Source: an uncultured delta proteobacterium
GTDB taxonomy: Bacteria > Desulfobacterota > Binatia > JACPRU01
DNA length: 64,000 nt
Reading direction: 5' to 3'
NCBI GenBank assembly: GCA_963745025.1
Contig: CAVUWD010000002.1
Span: 192,001-256,000, forward strand
A program made the position numbers and the translations under genes. Below the pieces are notes generated by a model. That model did no database searches. It saw only the letters and a list, made by a program, of their open reading frames with translations, and had not been told where the DNA came from. Numbering within the stretch: the stretch's first letter is position 1; each line of letters opens with the position of its first letter. This document shows positions 52,170 through 64,000 of this stretch, piece by piece.

Positions 52170-52415
52170 TCATTTCCGCAGCCCGTAACACGGATCCTTC
52201 GCCAGAGCGTGGTGCGGCCGACGCCGAGAAATCTTCGCCACCGTGCCCAGGTCGGCCTTCGTCTCGAGCAGCCGCTGGATCTGGTGGCGCTCGAGGTCCG
52301 CGAGCGAGATCTCACCGAGGTCGCCGGAGGCACCGTTGCCGCGCGGCGTCGAGCGGAGAAACACGGGCAAGTCCGCCTCTAGAACGGCGTCGCCGTCCCT
52401 GACTTCCGAAGCTAC
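52170..52415 (-). pseudogene. Remnant of a sigma54 activator C-terminus (Fis-type HTH)
   Basis: DLPVFL...ISLADLERHQIQRLLE...VAKI then, after a 1-nt shift, LGVGRTTLWRRI. No AAA domain. Confidence 0.6.
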
Positions 52416-52591
52416 GCCAGTGTCGCGTGCGACGGGGCTTCCCTCCGCTGCGCGTATATGAGAGGCGGCCTCCCGCCGGCGCCAGCGAAGCGGGCTCTTG
52501 TCTTTCCTGCCGGGTTCGGCGGCGGGTAGTTGCGGCTCGCGGTGCGGAACGCTACAAACGCGCGTTGCTCTAGCTGAGAGGAGAATCGCGC

Positions 52592-53833
<1,242 letters not shown>

Positions 53834-53836
53834 AGA

Positions 53837-54861
<1,025 letters not shown>

Positions 54862-54915
54862 CGGCTTGCGGCATCACGCAGCCTGGTCTTCGCGGTAGCC
54901 GGTAGTCGGTAGCCG
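54862..54915. repeat. Family-3 heptamer array, right arm only
   Basis: GCGGTAGCCGGTAGTCGGTAGCCG with a degenerate left part. Confidence 0.7.
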
Positions 54916-54935
54916 CTGACCGGAGAGAGCGCGAC

Positions 54936-56102
<1,167 letters not shown>

Positions 56103-56106
<4 letters not shown>

Positions 56107-56978
56107 GCATCCTGGTCGACAAGCATACGAGAGTTCTCACCCAGGGCATCACCGGCTCGACCGGGCAATTCCACACCCGGGCGTGCAAGGAGTACGGCAC
56201 GCAGATGGTGGCGGGCGTCACGCCGGGCAAGGGCGGCAGCGACTTCGAGGGAATCCCGATCTTCGACACCGTCGCCGAGGCCGTGAAGAAGACCGGCGCC
56301 AACGCTTCGGTCATCTACGTGCCGCCGCCCTTCGCTGCCGACGCGATCCTCGAGGCGGTCGACGCGGGGGTGGATCTCGTCGTCTGCATCACCGAGGGCA
56401 TTCCGGTCGCCGACATGGTACGCGTGAAGCGGGTGATGGGAGAAACCAAGGTGCGCCTCATCGGTCCGAACTGCCCGGGCGTGATCACGCCGGGCGAGTG
56501 CAAGATCGGCATCATGCCGGGCTACATCCACAAAACGGGATCGATCGGCGTGGTGTCGCGGAGCGGGACGCTCACCTACGAGGCCGTTCATCAGCTCACC
56601 GAGCTCGGCCTCGGACAATCGACCTGCGTCGGCATCGGCGGCGACCCGGTCAAGGGGATGGAATTCGTCGACGTGCTGCGCCTCTTCCAGGACGATCCAG
56701 AGACCGAGGGCATCATCCTGATCGGCGAGATCGGCGGCAGCGCCGAGGAGCAGGCGGCCCAGTTCGTCAAGCAGCACGTAAAGAAGCCGGTGGCCGGATT
56801 CATCGGTGGGCAGACCGCACCCAAGGGCAAGCGCATGGGCCACGCCGGCGCGATCATCTCGGGCGGCCAGGGGACGGCGGCCGACAAGATCAAAGCCTTC
56901 GAGGCGGCGGGAATTCGCGTCGCCAAGAGCCCGGCCGAGCTCGGCACGACGATGAAGGCCGCATTAAAGGGCGCCTGA
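56103..56978 (+). CDS. sucD: Succinyl-CoA synthetase alpha subunit
   Basis: [42 protein letters not shown] overlap with sucC. Confidence 0.96.
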
Positions 56979-56981
56979 ACC

Positions 56982-57404
56982 ATGGAACGGACTCTCTCGA
57001 TCATCAAGCCCGACGCGGTGGCCAAGAACCAGATCGGCGCGATCGTGACGATGCTGGAACGCGCCGGACTGCGTGTCGCGGCGGCTCGATTTCTCCGCCT
57101 CTCGAAGCGCGACGCCGAGCGCTTCTACGCCGTTCATCACGAGCGCCCGTTCTTCCAGAGCCTGACGACGTTCATGTCCGAAGGACCGATCTTGGTCATG
57201 GCGCTCGAAGGTGCGAGCGCGATCACCAAGAACCGCGAGGTAATGGGCGCGACGGATCCGGCGAAGGCGACACCGGGAACCATCCGCAAGGCCTTCGGCA
57301 CGAACGTCGAGCGCAACGCCGTTCACGGCTCCGACGGGGCGGAGACGGCACGGCAAGAGATCGCGTTCTTCTTCGGCGACCTCGAGATTCCCGTTCGCGA
57401 CTGA
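56982..57404 (+). CDS. ndk: Nucleoside diphosphate kinase
   Basis: [25 protein letters not shown]. Confidence 0.97.
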   Translation: MERTLSIIKPDAVAKNQIGAIVTMLERAGLRVAAARFLRLSKRDAERFYAVHHERPFFQSLTTFMSEGPILVMALEGASAITKNREVMGATDPAKATPGTIRKAFGTNVERNAVHGSDGAETARQEIAFFFGDLEIPVRD

Positions 57405-57512
57405 CGGCGACGCGCGGGACGGCTGAAACGTCGCGTTTCGCCGTCGACGCCCTTCCGTCTTGTGGTACTGCGTACGCGAAGCCTATCGTCGAACGATCGA
57501 AAGGAGGCGGGG

Positions 57513-57770
57513 ATGTCCGAGGACGAAATACGTAAGGAGCTCGAACGGCTGCAGGCCGAGAACGAGCGTCTCAAGGAGCAGCGAACGAAGGCTGGGGGGG
57601 TCTCGTTTCGCGTGTCCGAGAAGGGAGCGGTTTCCGTCTACGGTCTCGGGCGCTTTCCGGTGACGCTTTACCAGGAGCAGTGGGACAAGCTTCTCGGCCA
57701 CGTCGAGGAGCTTCGGCAGTTTATCGAGGAGAATCGAGCGAGACTGAAGAAGAAAGAGACGGCGTCGTGA
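57513..57770 (+). CDS. Small conserved hypothetical protein (coiled coil + SEKGAVSVYGLGRFPVTLY domain)
   Basis: Strong SD AAGGAGG and a coding-like sequence; 85 aa. Confidence 0.8.
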   Translation: MSEDEIRKELERLQAENERLKEQRTKAGGVSFRVSEKGAVSVYGLGRFPVTLYQEQWDKLLGHVEELRQFIEENRARLKKKETAS

Positions 57771-57813
57771 CGCCGGCCAAGGACGGTGATCTTCCGCTTA
57801 CAAGCGTCCACCC

Positions 57814-58095
57814 ATGTACGAGCGTGTCCTTCGTCGCATGCGCCAGAGCGTGGGTGCGCTGACATATCTCGTGACCACCCACGCGCAGGAGGAGATGGAG
57901 GACGACGGTCTTACCATCTTGGACGTCGAGCACGTCGTCCTCACGGGCAGAATCGTCGAACGCCAGCGTGATCGGCGTACCGCTCAGTTCAAGTACGTAG
58001 TCTCGGGCCAGACCGAGGCAAAAGAGAACGTCGAGGTCATCGGGCGATTGAGCCTCCTCGGGAAGTTGATTATCCTGACGGTCTACCGTGCGTAA
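57814..58095 (+). CDS. DUF4258-family protein (putative toxin)
   Basis: TTHAQEEMEDDGLTILDVEHVVLTG..., KYVVSG, IILTVY. Confidence 0.75.
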   Translation: MYERVLRRMRQSVGALTYLVTTHAQEEMEDDGLTILDVEHVVLTGRIVERQRDRRTAQFKYVVSGQTEAKENVEVIGRLSLLGKLIILTVYRA

Positions 58096-58336
58096 AGAAC
58101 GACCATCGGTGTGTGACGTCTGCGGTCGGAAGGCGGCCCGAATCCAGCGGGTTACTCGCAGCTACGGCCAGGGCCGAGATCTCCTTGTCGTCGAAGGTGT
58201 CCCCGTAGTGCGCTGTTCCGCGTGCGGCGAAAGTTACTTCACGGCGGCAACGCTCCATGCGCTCCACCGCATCAAGGCCCGGCGTCAGGCCGCGTCAAAG
58301 CGCGCGGTGCCCGTTGCGCGGTTCGCGGCCGCGTAG
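58088..58336 (+). CDS. YgiT/MqsA-type zinc-finger protein without HTH
   Basis: CDVCG...LLVVEGVPVVRCSACGESYF; 8-nt overlap with the upstream gene. Confidence 0.8.
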   Translation: MRKERPSVCDVCGRKAARIQRVTRSYGQGRDLLVVEGVPVVRCSACGESYFTAATLHALHRIKARRQAASKRAVPVARFAAA

Positions 58337-58630
58337 CTAACAGAGAAACTCCCGTCGCGCGGACGGTCAAGGCCGTTCTGCAAGAAGTTCATCGGCCTCC
58401 GCGAGGACAGAGTCGAGATCGTAGCCCTTGAGGCTAATCGTGAAAACTGCCCACGCAATCACGACACGCGATTGAGCCCGATTCATCGAATCTCGGTGAG
58501 GTGGTGGAAGAGACACACTAGGCCTCCGAGCCGGGCTGATAAAGCACGCAAAGAAGCCCAAAGACAACGATGGAAACTAACGCCGTAAGGCCGACAAACC
58601 CTACGGTGAAGAGGAGCGCGCCGCGGCCGA

Positions 58631-59500
58631 TCACGGCAAAGATGCGAACGGCGCGGCGTTGACCATCTCGCCTGCCGTTTCCCATGCCGGAGCGAGCCGT
58701 CCGCAGGCGATTTGGTGGTCATGGTCGAAGGAGACCCACCAACCCTCCCGCGCTGCGTGCTCGAGGAGGTATTTCTTGATCGTCATGGTTTCGAGTGGAT
58801 CGAGATCGTAGGCCTGATTCCACGCCGGCTTCAGGTGCGCGCGACTCGGGGCGATGTCGCCGAGATGCACGAACGTCGCGCCGCCGGAGGCGAAGATCGG
58901 GCATTGATGGCTCGGCGTGTGCCCGCCGGTCACGACGACCCGTAGCCGCGGGGTGAGCGAGCTCGGACCGTCGAGCACCTCGAGAAGCTTTTCCTCCTTG
59001 AGCGGATCCAGGCACTGCGGCGCGTGGTGGTACGCGGCTTTCGAGCGCTCGTCCGTCGGCCGCTCCGCCGTCTCGAGCTCGATCCGCTGGACGAAGTGTC
59101 GCGCACGCGGGAAGGCAGGCCGAAGGCGCCCCGAGTCGTCGCGCGTGACCACGCCACCGAGATGGTCGAAATGCAGGTGCGTGAGAATGACGTGAGTGAC
59201 ATCTTCGGGGGCGAGCCCGATCTCGCGCAGGCGGGCGATCAGTCCGCCGCGGCGATCGACCTTGTAGATCGCCTGCTCGCGCTCCGAGAGCCGCTCGCCG
59301 AGACCCGTGTCGACGAGAATCGCGTCTCGGCCGTCCACCGCAAGCGGGCAATGGAGGCTCATCGGAATGCGGTTTTCCGGGTCGGCGGGAACGAGCCTCG
59401 ACCACAGCCGCTTCGGAACGACGCCGAACATCGTTCCGCCGTCCATGGCGAAGAAGCCGTCGTTCAGCAGGTGCACGCGAATCGATCCGACCTCGATCAT
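58631..59500 (-). CDS. MBL-fold hydrolase, YtnP-like
   Basis: DGGTMFGVVPK, THLHFDH, GGHTPSHQ, AYDLDP, FDHD. Confidence 0.9.
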   Translation of the reverse strand: MIEVGSIRVHLLNDGFFAMDGGTMFGVVPKRLWSRLVPADPENRIPMSLHCPLAVDGRDAILVDTGLGERLSEREQAIYKVDRRGGLIARLREIGLAPEDVTHVILTHLHFDHLGGVVTRDDSGRLRPAFPRARHFVQRIELETAERPTDERSKAAYHHAPQCLDPLKEEKLLEVLDGPSSLTPRLRVVVTGGHTPSHQCPIFASGGATFVHLGDIAPSRAHLKPAWNQAYDLDPLETMTIKKYLLEHAAREGWWVSFDHDHQIACGRLAPAWETAGEMVNAAPFASLP

Positions 59501-59928
59501 GGCGAGCGCTCTCCGTAGACTTGGTAGAGCATCCAGTAGACGAGCACGCCGGTCACCGAGACGTACATCCAGATCGGAAAGGTGATCTCGGCGATGCGCC
59601 GGTGCCCTGCAAAGTCGGCGCGCCAGGCGCGATAGAGCGTCACGAGCGCGAGCGGTAAAACGGCGATCGCCAGCAAGACGTGAGACGCGAGCAGCGAGAA
59701 GTACACGGGCCGAATCCAACCCTGTCCGGAGAACGGCGTCGAGCCGTGCTCGGCGTGATAGACGACGTACGACACCAGAAACGCCGTCGACACGCCGAAC
59801 GCGGCCACCATGCACGCGCGATGGCGCTCGATCTGCCGCCTGCGGATGAAGCCGAAGCCCGTCGCGAGCAGGATCGCCGACAGACCGTTCAGCGACGCGT
59901 TCAACGCAGGCAGGTCGGCGACCGTCAC
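59497..59928 (-). CDS. DUF420 membrane protein
   Basis: LPALNASLN, HRACM, FLVSYV.YH, SHV.LA, HRRIA, WMYVSVTGV. Confidence 0.9.
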   Translation of the reverse strand: MTVADLPALNASLNGLSAILLATGFGFIRRRQIERHRACMVAAFGVSTAFLVSYVVYHAEHGSTPFSGQGWIRPVYFSLLASHVLLAIAVLPLALVTLYRAWRADFAGHRRIAEITFPIWMYVSVTGVLVYWMLYQVYGERSP

Positions 59929-60050
59929 GAAGCCGCCTCGACCACGGAGACGCCGAGCGATGCGAGGTTGCCGAGGACGCATTCGATCCACTCGGTCGAA
60001 GAATGGTCGTTCAAAGAAGCATCGTGCAAAGAAGATTTCGCGCTGTTCAT
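59925..60050 (-). CDS. 41-aa small ORF overlapping both neighbours by 4 nt
   Basis: ATGA overlap at 60047-60050 and GTGA overlap at 59925-59928. Confidence 0.35.
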   Translation of the reverse strand: MNSAKSSLHDASLNDHSSTEWIECVLGNLASLGVSVVEAAS

Positions 60051-60664
60051 CGCAGGCCGAGATACACGAACGGGAAGATCACCGCCCAGACCGCACTCAC
60101 GTAATACCAGTAGATCGCTCCCAGCTCGACGGGGAGGTGGCGCTCGACCGTGAAGCGCCCCTGACGGGCACCGACCAGCAAAATGACGAGCCAGACGACC
60201 GCGCCCAAAACGTGCAGCGCGTGGCAGCCGATCAGCGCGAAGAAGGTCGCACCGTAGGGACCGCTGGAGGCGCGGAGTCCGGCGCCGACGAGCCGTACCC
60301 ACTCGGAGCCTTGGATGGCGAGGAAGCCGATGCCGAGGAGCGTCGCCAGGGCGAGAGAGCGAGCGAAGCTCGCGGCATCGCCGCCGCGCACGGCCCGCAA
60401 CGACTGCGCGATCGGCATCGTGCTCGAGAAGAGAAGCAGCGTGTTCGCCGCCGTCACGGCGACTGGCAAGCGCGGCAGCCCGAGCGGCGGCCATCGGTCG
60501 GCACGCCAGCGGAACACGGCGAGTGCGCCGAGAAGCCCCATGAACAACATCGATTCGCTCCCCAGAAAGAGCAAAAGGCCGAACCGCGCGATGGCTCGGT
60601 TCGACGCGGACGCGGAGAGGCCGGGCGCCCTCGATTGCGCCAGGATCGATGGCGTGCCCTTCAA
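60047..60664 (-). CDS. Heme-copper oxidase subunit III-like protein
   Basis: FLGSESMLF, NTLLLFSS, FLAIQGSEW, GCHALHV, YWYYV. Confidence 0.85.
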   Translation of the reverse strand: MKGTPSILAQSRAPGLSASASNRAIARFGLLLFLGSESMLFMGLLGALAVFRWRADRWPPLGLPRLPVAVTAANTLLLFSSTMPIAQSLRAVRGGDAASFARSLALATLLGIGFLAIQGSEWVRLVGAGLRASSGPYGATFFALIGCHALHVLGAVVWLVILLVGARQGRFTVERHLPVELGAIYWYYVSAVWAVIFPFVYLGLR

Positions 60665-60671
60665 CCCTTGC

Positions 60672-61574
60672 CTACAGCTTGTCCGCGGCCATGATCGCCA
60701 ACAGCGTCGGCAGGTAGACGAGTGAGGCGAACAGCAGCCGTCGGGCGTCGCCGAGCGCTTGGGTGCGCGCGAGCTGAACGGAGAAGCCGAGCAGCATCAG
60801 GCCGAGGGCCAGCGCGGAGCAAAAGTAGAGCCCACCGCTCAATCCGACGAGCGTCGGCAGCAACGCGACGCTCAGCAGTGCCGCGCTGTTCACCACGGTC
60901 TGTCGACCGGTCGCGCCGCCATCCGGGTCGATCACCGGCAACAGACGAATCCCGGCGCGCGCATAGTCGTCGCGGTACATGTGTGCGATCGCTAGCGAAT
61001 GCGGCAGCTGCCAGAGGAACAGAATCGCGAAGAGGACCCACGCACCGACGTCGAGCTGTCCCGTCGCGGCGGCCCAGCCGGCAACCGGCGGGAGTGCCCC
61101 GGGCACGGCGCCGATGGGGCTGCAGAAGGGCGTCCAGCGCTTCATCGGCGTATACAAGAAGAGATACGAGGCGGTCGTGGCCGAGGTCACCAGCGCGGCG
61201 AGCGATCCCACGGTGCAGGCTTGGTAGACGATTCCGAACCCCGCCACCAGGCTTCCGAACAGCAGCGCCTCATTCGGCTCGAGCTTGCCCGCGGGAAGCG
61301 GCCGCGAGCGGGTGCGGAGCATGATCGCGTCGAGGTCGCGCTCGAGGTACTGGTTCAAGGCCAGCGTGCCCGCCGCGGCGAGCGCGGTGCTCGCCAGGGT
61401 ATGGAACAGGAGCCACGCGTCCGTCGGCCCGCGCGAGCCGAGATAGAACCCGACGAGCGTCGTCACGACGATCATCCCGACCACGCGAGGCTTGGAGAGG
61501 TCGACGTAGGCGAGCATGCGGCGTGCCCCGGCGACGCGGACCGCAACGAACGGTGCCTCCCGCGCGGGGATCAT
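60672..61574 (-). CDS. ctaB: Protoheme IX farnesyltransferase (heme O synthase)
   Basis: LSKPR, NQYLERDLD, RTRSRPLP, YTPMKR, GALPP, WQLPH. Confidence 0.94.
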   Translation of the reverse strand: MIPAREAPFVAVRVAGARRMLAYVDLSKPRVVGMIVVTTLVGFYLGSRGPTDAWLLFHTLASTALAAAGTLALNQYLERDLDAIMLRTRSRPLPAGKLEPNEALLFGSLVAGFGIVYQACTVGSLAALVTSATTASYLFLYTPMKRWTPFCSPIGAVPGALPPVAGWAAATGQLDVGAWVLFAILFLWQLPHSLAIAHMYRDDYARAGIRLLPVIDPDGGATGRQTVVNSAALLSVALLPTLVGLSGGLYFCSALALGLMLLGFSVQLARTQALGDARRLLFASLVYLPTLLAIMAADKL

Positions 61575-62581
61575 CCCGAAGCTCGTTGCGGCAGAGACCT
61601 CGCGGCCCACTCCGGCGAGGCTTGCCGGACGCGACGGCTGCGCAGCCCGAGCACGAGGCTCACGGCCAGAATCGCTGCTCCGACGGCCACGTGAGCGGTC
61701 GTCGGCAGTGCCGCCTTGCGGGTCCAGATGATCGATGCACCGAGCGAGAGCTGGATCACCACCAGGACGAGCAGCAGTATGGCCGGGCGCACTCGTCGCG
61801 GATCGCGGCGATGCGCTTGAAAGACGCGCGCCGCGGTGGCGAGCGCGAGCCCCGAAACGATCACCGCGCCGACACGGTGGGCGAAGTGAATGGCGACGCC
61901 GAATGAGGCCAACTCGGGCACGAGCCTGCCGTAGGCGAGGGGAAAATCCGGGATCGCGAGGCCGGATCCCGTGTGCCGCACCACCGCGCCGAGGAGGAGC
62001 TGGCAGTAGACGGCGGCCGTGGTGCCGATGCTCAGCCAACCGAGCCAAGGGTCTATGTCGTGCTCGGCTGGGGTCGAGAGCCAGTCCTTACCGGTGATCA
62101 ACGCGAGTGCCACGACGAGGCAGAAAAACGCCTGGGCGAGAGCCGCGTGCGAGACCGAAACGGCGGTCGGCAGACGGAGCAGCACGGTGACGCCTCCGAG
62201 CAGCGCCTGAAGCAGGATCACCGAGAGCGCCGCCACCCCGAGACGGCGCACCGAGCGACGAGGTTCTTCCCGCAAGGTCCAGATCGCCAGCGCGGCCGTG
62301 AGGGCCGCCACGGTGGCCGCGACCATCCGGTGTCCGTGTTCGTAGCGAACCCCGCCGACCATGGGCGGGAAGAACTGCCCGTACGACAGCGGCCAATCGG
62401 GCACCGAGAGGCTCGATCCCGTGCTGGTGACGAGCCCGCCGACGAAGATCAGCACGAAGGTCGCGGCGGCGGTGAATTGCGCGAAGCGATGCCGCCAGCG
62501 AAAGAAGCCAGGAGGGGAGTTGAATTCGAAGGGATTCCCGAACGGAGAAGAATTTTCGGGAAGCCGACTGGTCACGACCAT
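61571..62581 (-). CDS. ctaA: Heme A synthase (COX15/CtaA family)
   Basis: GGLVTSTGS, PDWP, EHGHR, QALLGGVTV, HFAHR. Confidence 0.88.
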   Translation of the reverse strand: MVVTSRLPENSSPFGNPFEFNSPPGFFRWRHRFAQFTAAATFVLIFVGGLVTSTGSSLSVPDWPLSYGQFFPPMVGGVRYEHGHRMVAATVAALTAALAIWTLREEPRRSVRRLGVAALSVILLQALLGGVTVLLRLPTAVSVSHAALAQAFFCLVVALALITGKDWLSTPAEHDIDPWLGWLSIGTTAAVYCQLLLGAVVRHTGSGLAIPDFPLAYGRLVPELASFGVAIHFAHRVGAVIVSGLALATAARVFQAHRRDPRRVRPAILLLVLVVIQLSLGASIIWTRKAALPTTAHVAVGAAILAVSLVLGLRSRRVRQASPEWAARSLPQRASG

Positions 62582-62665
62582 CGATCTCGAAGTTTCCCGA
62601 AGTCCGGAGACTGCGGCGAAAGCTCGATTGAGTTACCATCCGCGGCGGGTGTTTTCAACGCTTCG

Positions 62666-62694
62666 TTGACACGGCTTCGAGCCGTTGTTACCAA
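62666..62694 (+). promoter_or_regulatory. Putative sigma70 promoter of the iscA-like gene
   Basis: TTGACA-N17-TACCAA with a TG extension. The spacer holds an inverted repeat ACGGC-TTCGA-GCCGT. Confidence 0.45.
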
Positions 62695-62710
62695 TGAACA
62701 GAGGAAACCA

Positions 62711-63094
62711 ATGTCCGAGACTCACGTCCATGCCGAGCCCGCGCGCGGTGCGGCCTCCGAAGGGGGCTTGATCGCTCTCACCGACCTTGCTGTCGAGCGC
62801 TTCCGCAGCGTGATGGCGCAGGAGAAACTCGGCGCCGACTACGGTGTCCGGATCGCGGTGGCGAGCGGCGGCTGCTCGGGGATGTCGTACTCGATGAGCT
62901 TCGAGAACCAGGCGCGCCCCGATGACACGATCGTCCAGCGAGGCGGTCTGAAGCTTTTCATCGACGGCCAGAGCTCCCCGTACCTGCAAGGCGTGACCAT
63001 CGACTACGTGGTCGGGCTGCACAAGGAAGGCTTCAAGTTCTTGAACCCGAAGGCGACCCGAACGTGCGGTTGCGGGGAGTCGTTCGGGGTCTGA
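62711..63094 (+). CDS. iscA: IscA/HesB Fe-S carrier
   Basis: GGCSGMSY, IDYV, NPKA..TCGCGESF. Confidence 0.92.
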   Translation: MSETHVHAEPARGAASEGGLIALTDLAVERFRSVMAQEKLGADYGVRIAVASGGCSGMSYSMSFENQARPDDTIVQRGGLKLFIDGQSSPYLQGVTIDYVVGLHKEGFKFLNPKATRTCGCGESFGV

Positions 63095-63113
63095 ACCGGC
63101 CGGCGCCGGCGTA

Positions 63114-64000
63114 ATGCCGTCGATCGCCGTCTACGTGTCGAGCCACGGTTTCGGCCATGCCGTGCGCGTCGCGGAGGTGGTCGCCCGACTCCTCTCGCTT
63201 GACGCGGGGCTGCGAGTACATGTCCGCTCGGTCGCGCCGCAGTGGCTTTTCCCGCGCGCCGATGGCCGAGTGCTCATTCATCGAGCGGCAAGCGACGTCG
63301 GCATGGTGCAGCCCCATGGTCTGACGATCGACTTCGAGGCGACGCTTGCGAGCCTCGCGGAGCTCGAGCGGAGCTGGGAGCGGCGAGTTTCCGAAGAAGC
63401 GGCGTGGCTCGACGAAACCGGAGTCGCGCTCGTGATCGGCGACATTCCGCCGCTCGCGTTCGCCGCCGCCGACCGCGCCGGTTTGCCGAGCATCGCGCTC
63501 GGCAACTTCGACTGGGAGTGGGTGTACCGGAGCTACGCGGAGCGTGACGGACGATTTGCCACGCACGCGCGGCGTGCCGCGGCGTGCTACGGCAAGGCAC
63601 GCTATGCACTCCGTCTGCCGTTCCACGCCGACATGGACGCGTTCCGCTCGGTCGTCGATCTCCCGCTCGTCGCGCGGCGCTCGGGCTGCACGCGAGCAGA
63701 GGCGCGCGACCGGCTCGGTCTTCCGGCCGAGCGGCCCCTCGTGCTGCTCAGCTTCGGTGGCCTCGGCTTCACGGGGATCCGTGTCGAGCGCTTCGCGGAG
63801 ATGCCGGAGATTCTCTTCCTCGCAACCGAGACATTTCGCGATCCACCGGCGAACCTCCTCTCTCTCGATCGGCCCGACATCGACTACACGCTGCTGCTGC
63901 GTGCCTGCGACGTGGTCGTCACCAAGCCCGGATACGGCATCGTGGCCGCGAGCCTGGTCAACGCGGTTCGCGTTCTCTATACGGCGCGCGGCGAGTTTCC
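63114..64000 (+). CDS. GT-B fold glycosyltransferase-like protein (L-arabinokinase N-domain-like), runs off the window
   Basis: YVSSHGFGHA.R, DVGMVQ, GDIPPLA, GNFDW, LSFGG, KPGYG. Absent from the ORF track because there is no stop in the window. Confidence 0.8.
   Translation, partial: MPSIAVYVSSHGFGHAVRVAEVVARLLSLDAGLRVHVRSVAPQWLFPRADGRVLIHRAASDVGMVQPHGLTIDFEATLASLAELERSWERRVSEEAAWLDETGVALVIGDIPPLAFAAADRAGLPSIALGNFDWEWVYRSYAERDGRFATHARRAAACYGKARYALRLPFHADMDAFRSVVDLPLVARRSGCTRAEARDRLGLPAERPLVLLSFGGLGFTGIRVERFAEMPEILFLATETFRDPPANLLSLDRPDIDYTLLLRACDVVVTKPGYGIVAASLVNAVRVLYTARGEF

Noticed and set aside
57418-57445. Hairpin after ndk as an intrinsic terminator
   Set aside because: Stem is present but has no U-tract; function cannot be supported.
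58330-58600. Integron attC site after the TA-like pair (GCTAAC, ACTAAC)
   Set aside because: No matching GTTRRRY end with internal complementarity at attC distance, and no integrase.

Overview
High-GC bacterial chromosomal window. Gene content (PilT/PilU, NtrB/NtrC, MrtC-like protease, ArsA pair, LapA-LapB fusion) suggests a Deltaproteobacteria-like lineage such as Binatota or Myxococcota; this is inference only. Most of it is housekeeping or metabolic: ECF transporter plus S1/P1-type nuclease, several oxidoreductases, fabF-fabH with two ArsA/Get3-like ATPases, rplU-rpmA-obg-proB-proA-nadD-rsfS, pilT-pilT-pilU, rlpA, a beta-oxidation pair, dnaB, ntrBC-thiE, a Tat-linked GMC oxidase, prkA-yeaH-spoVR, Rrf2 with a sulfonate/nitrate-type ABC transporter, coaX, EF-G2, icd-mdh-sucCD-ndk, heme A/O synthesis genes and iscA. 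I saw no rRNA, tRNA, CRISPR array, transposase or prophage gene. The most unusual signal is non-coding: three distinct intergenic repeat families. Family 1 is a multi-hairpin element present twice (3187-3422 and 7071-7192) whose stems change in sequence while pairing and loops (GNRA, TCC, AGTA) are kept, so it is a candidate undescribed structured RNA or ssDNA element. Family 2 is a ~70-bp REP-like unit at four loci that overlaps gene ends and one possible start. Family 3 is six inverted heptamer arrays with a shared core, mostly at operon junctions. Three gene blocks are dense with indels, most likely consensus errors. All annotations come from reading motifs by eye; no searches were run.
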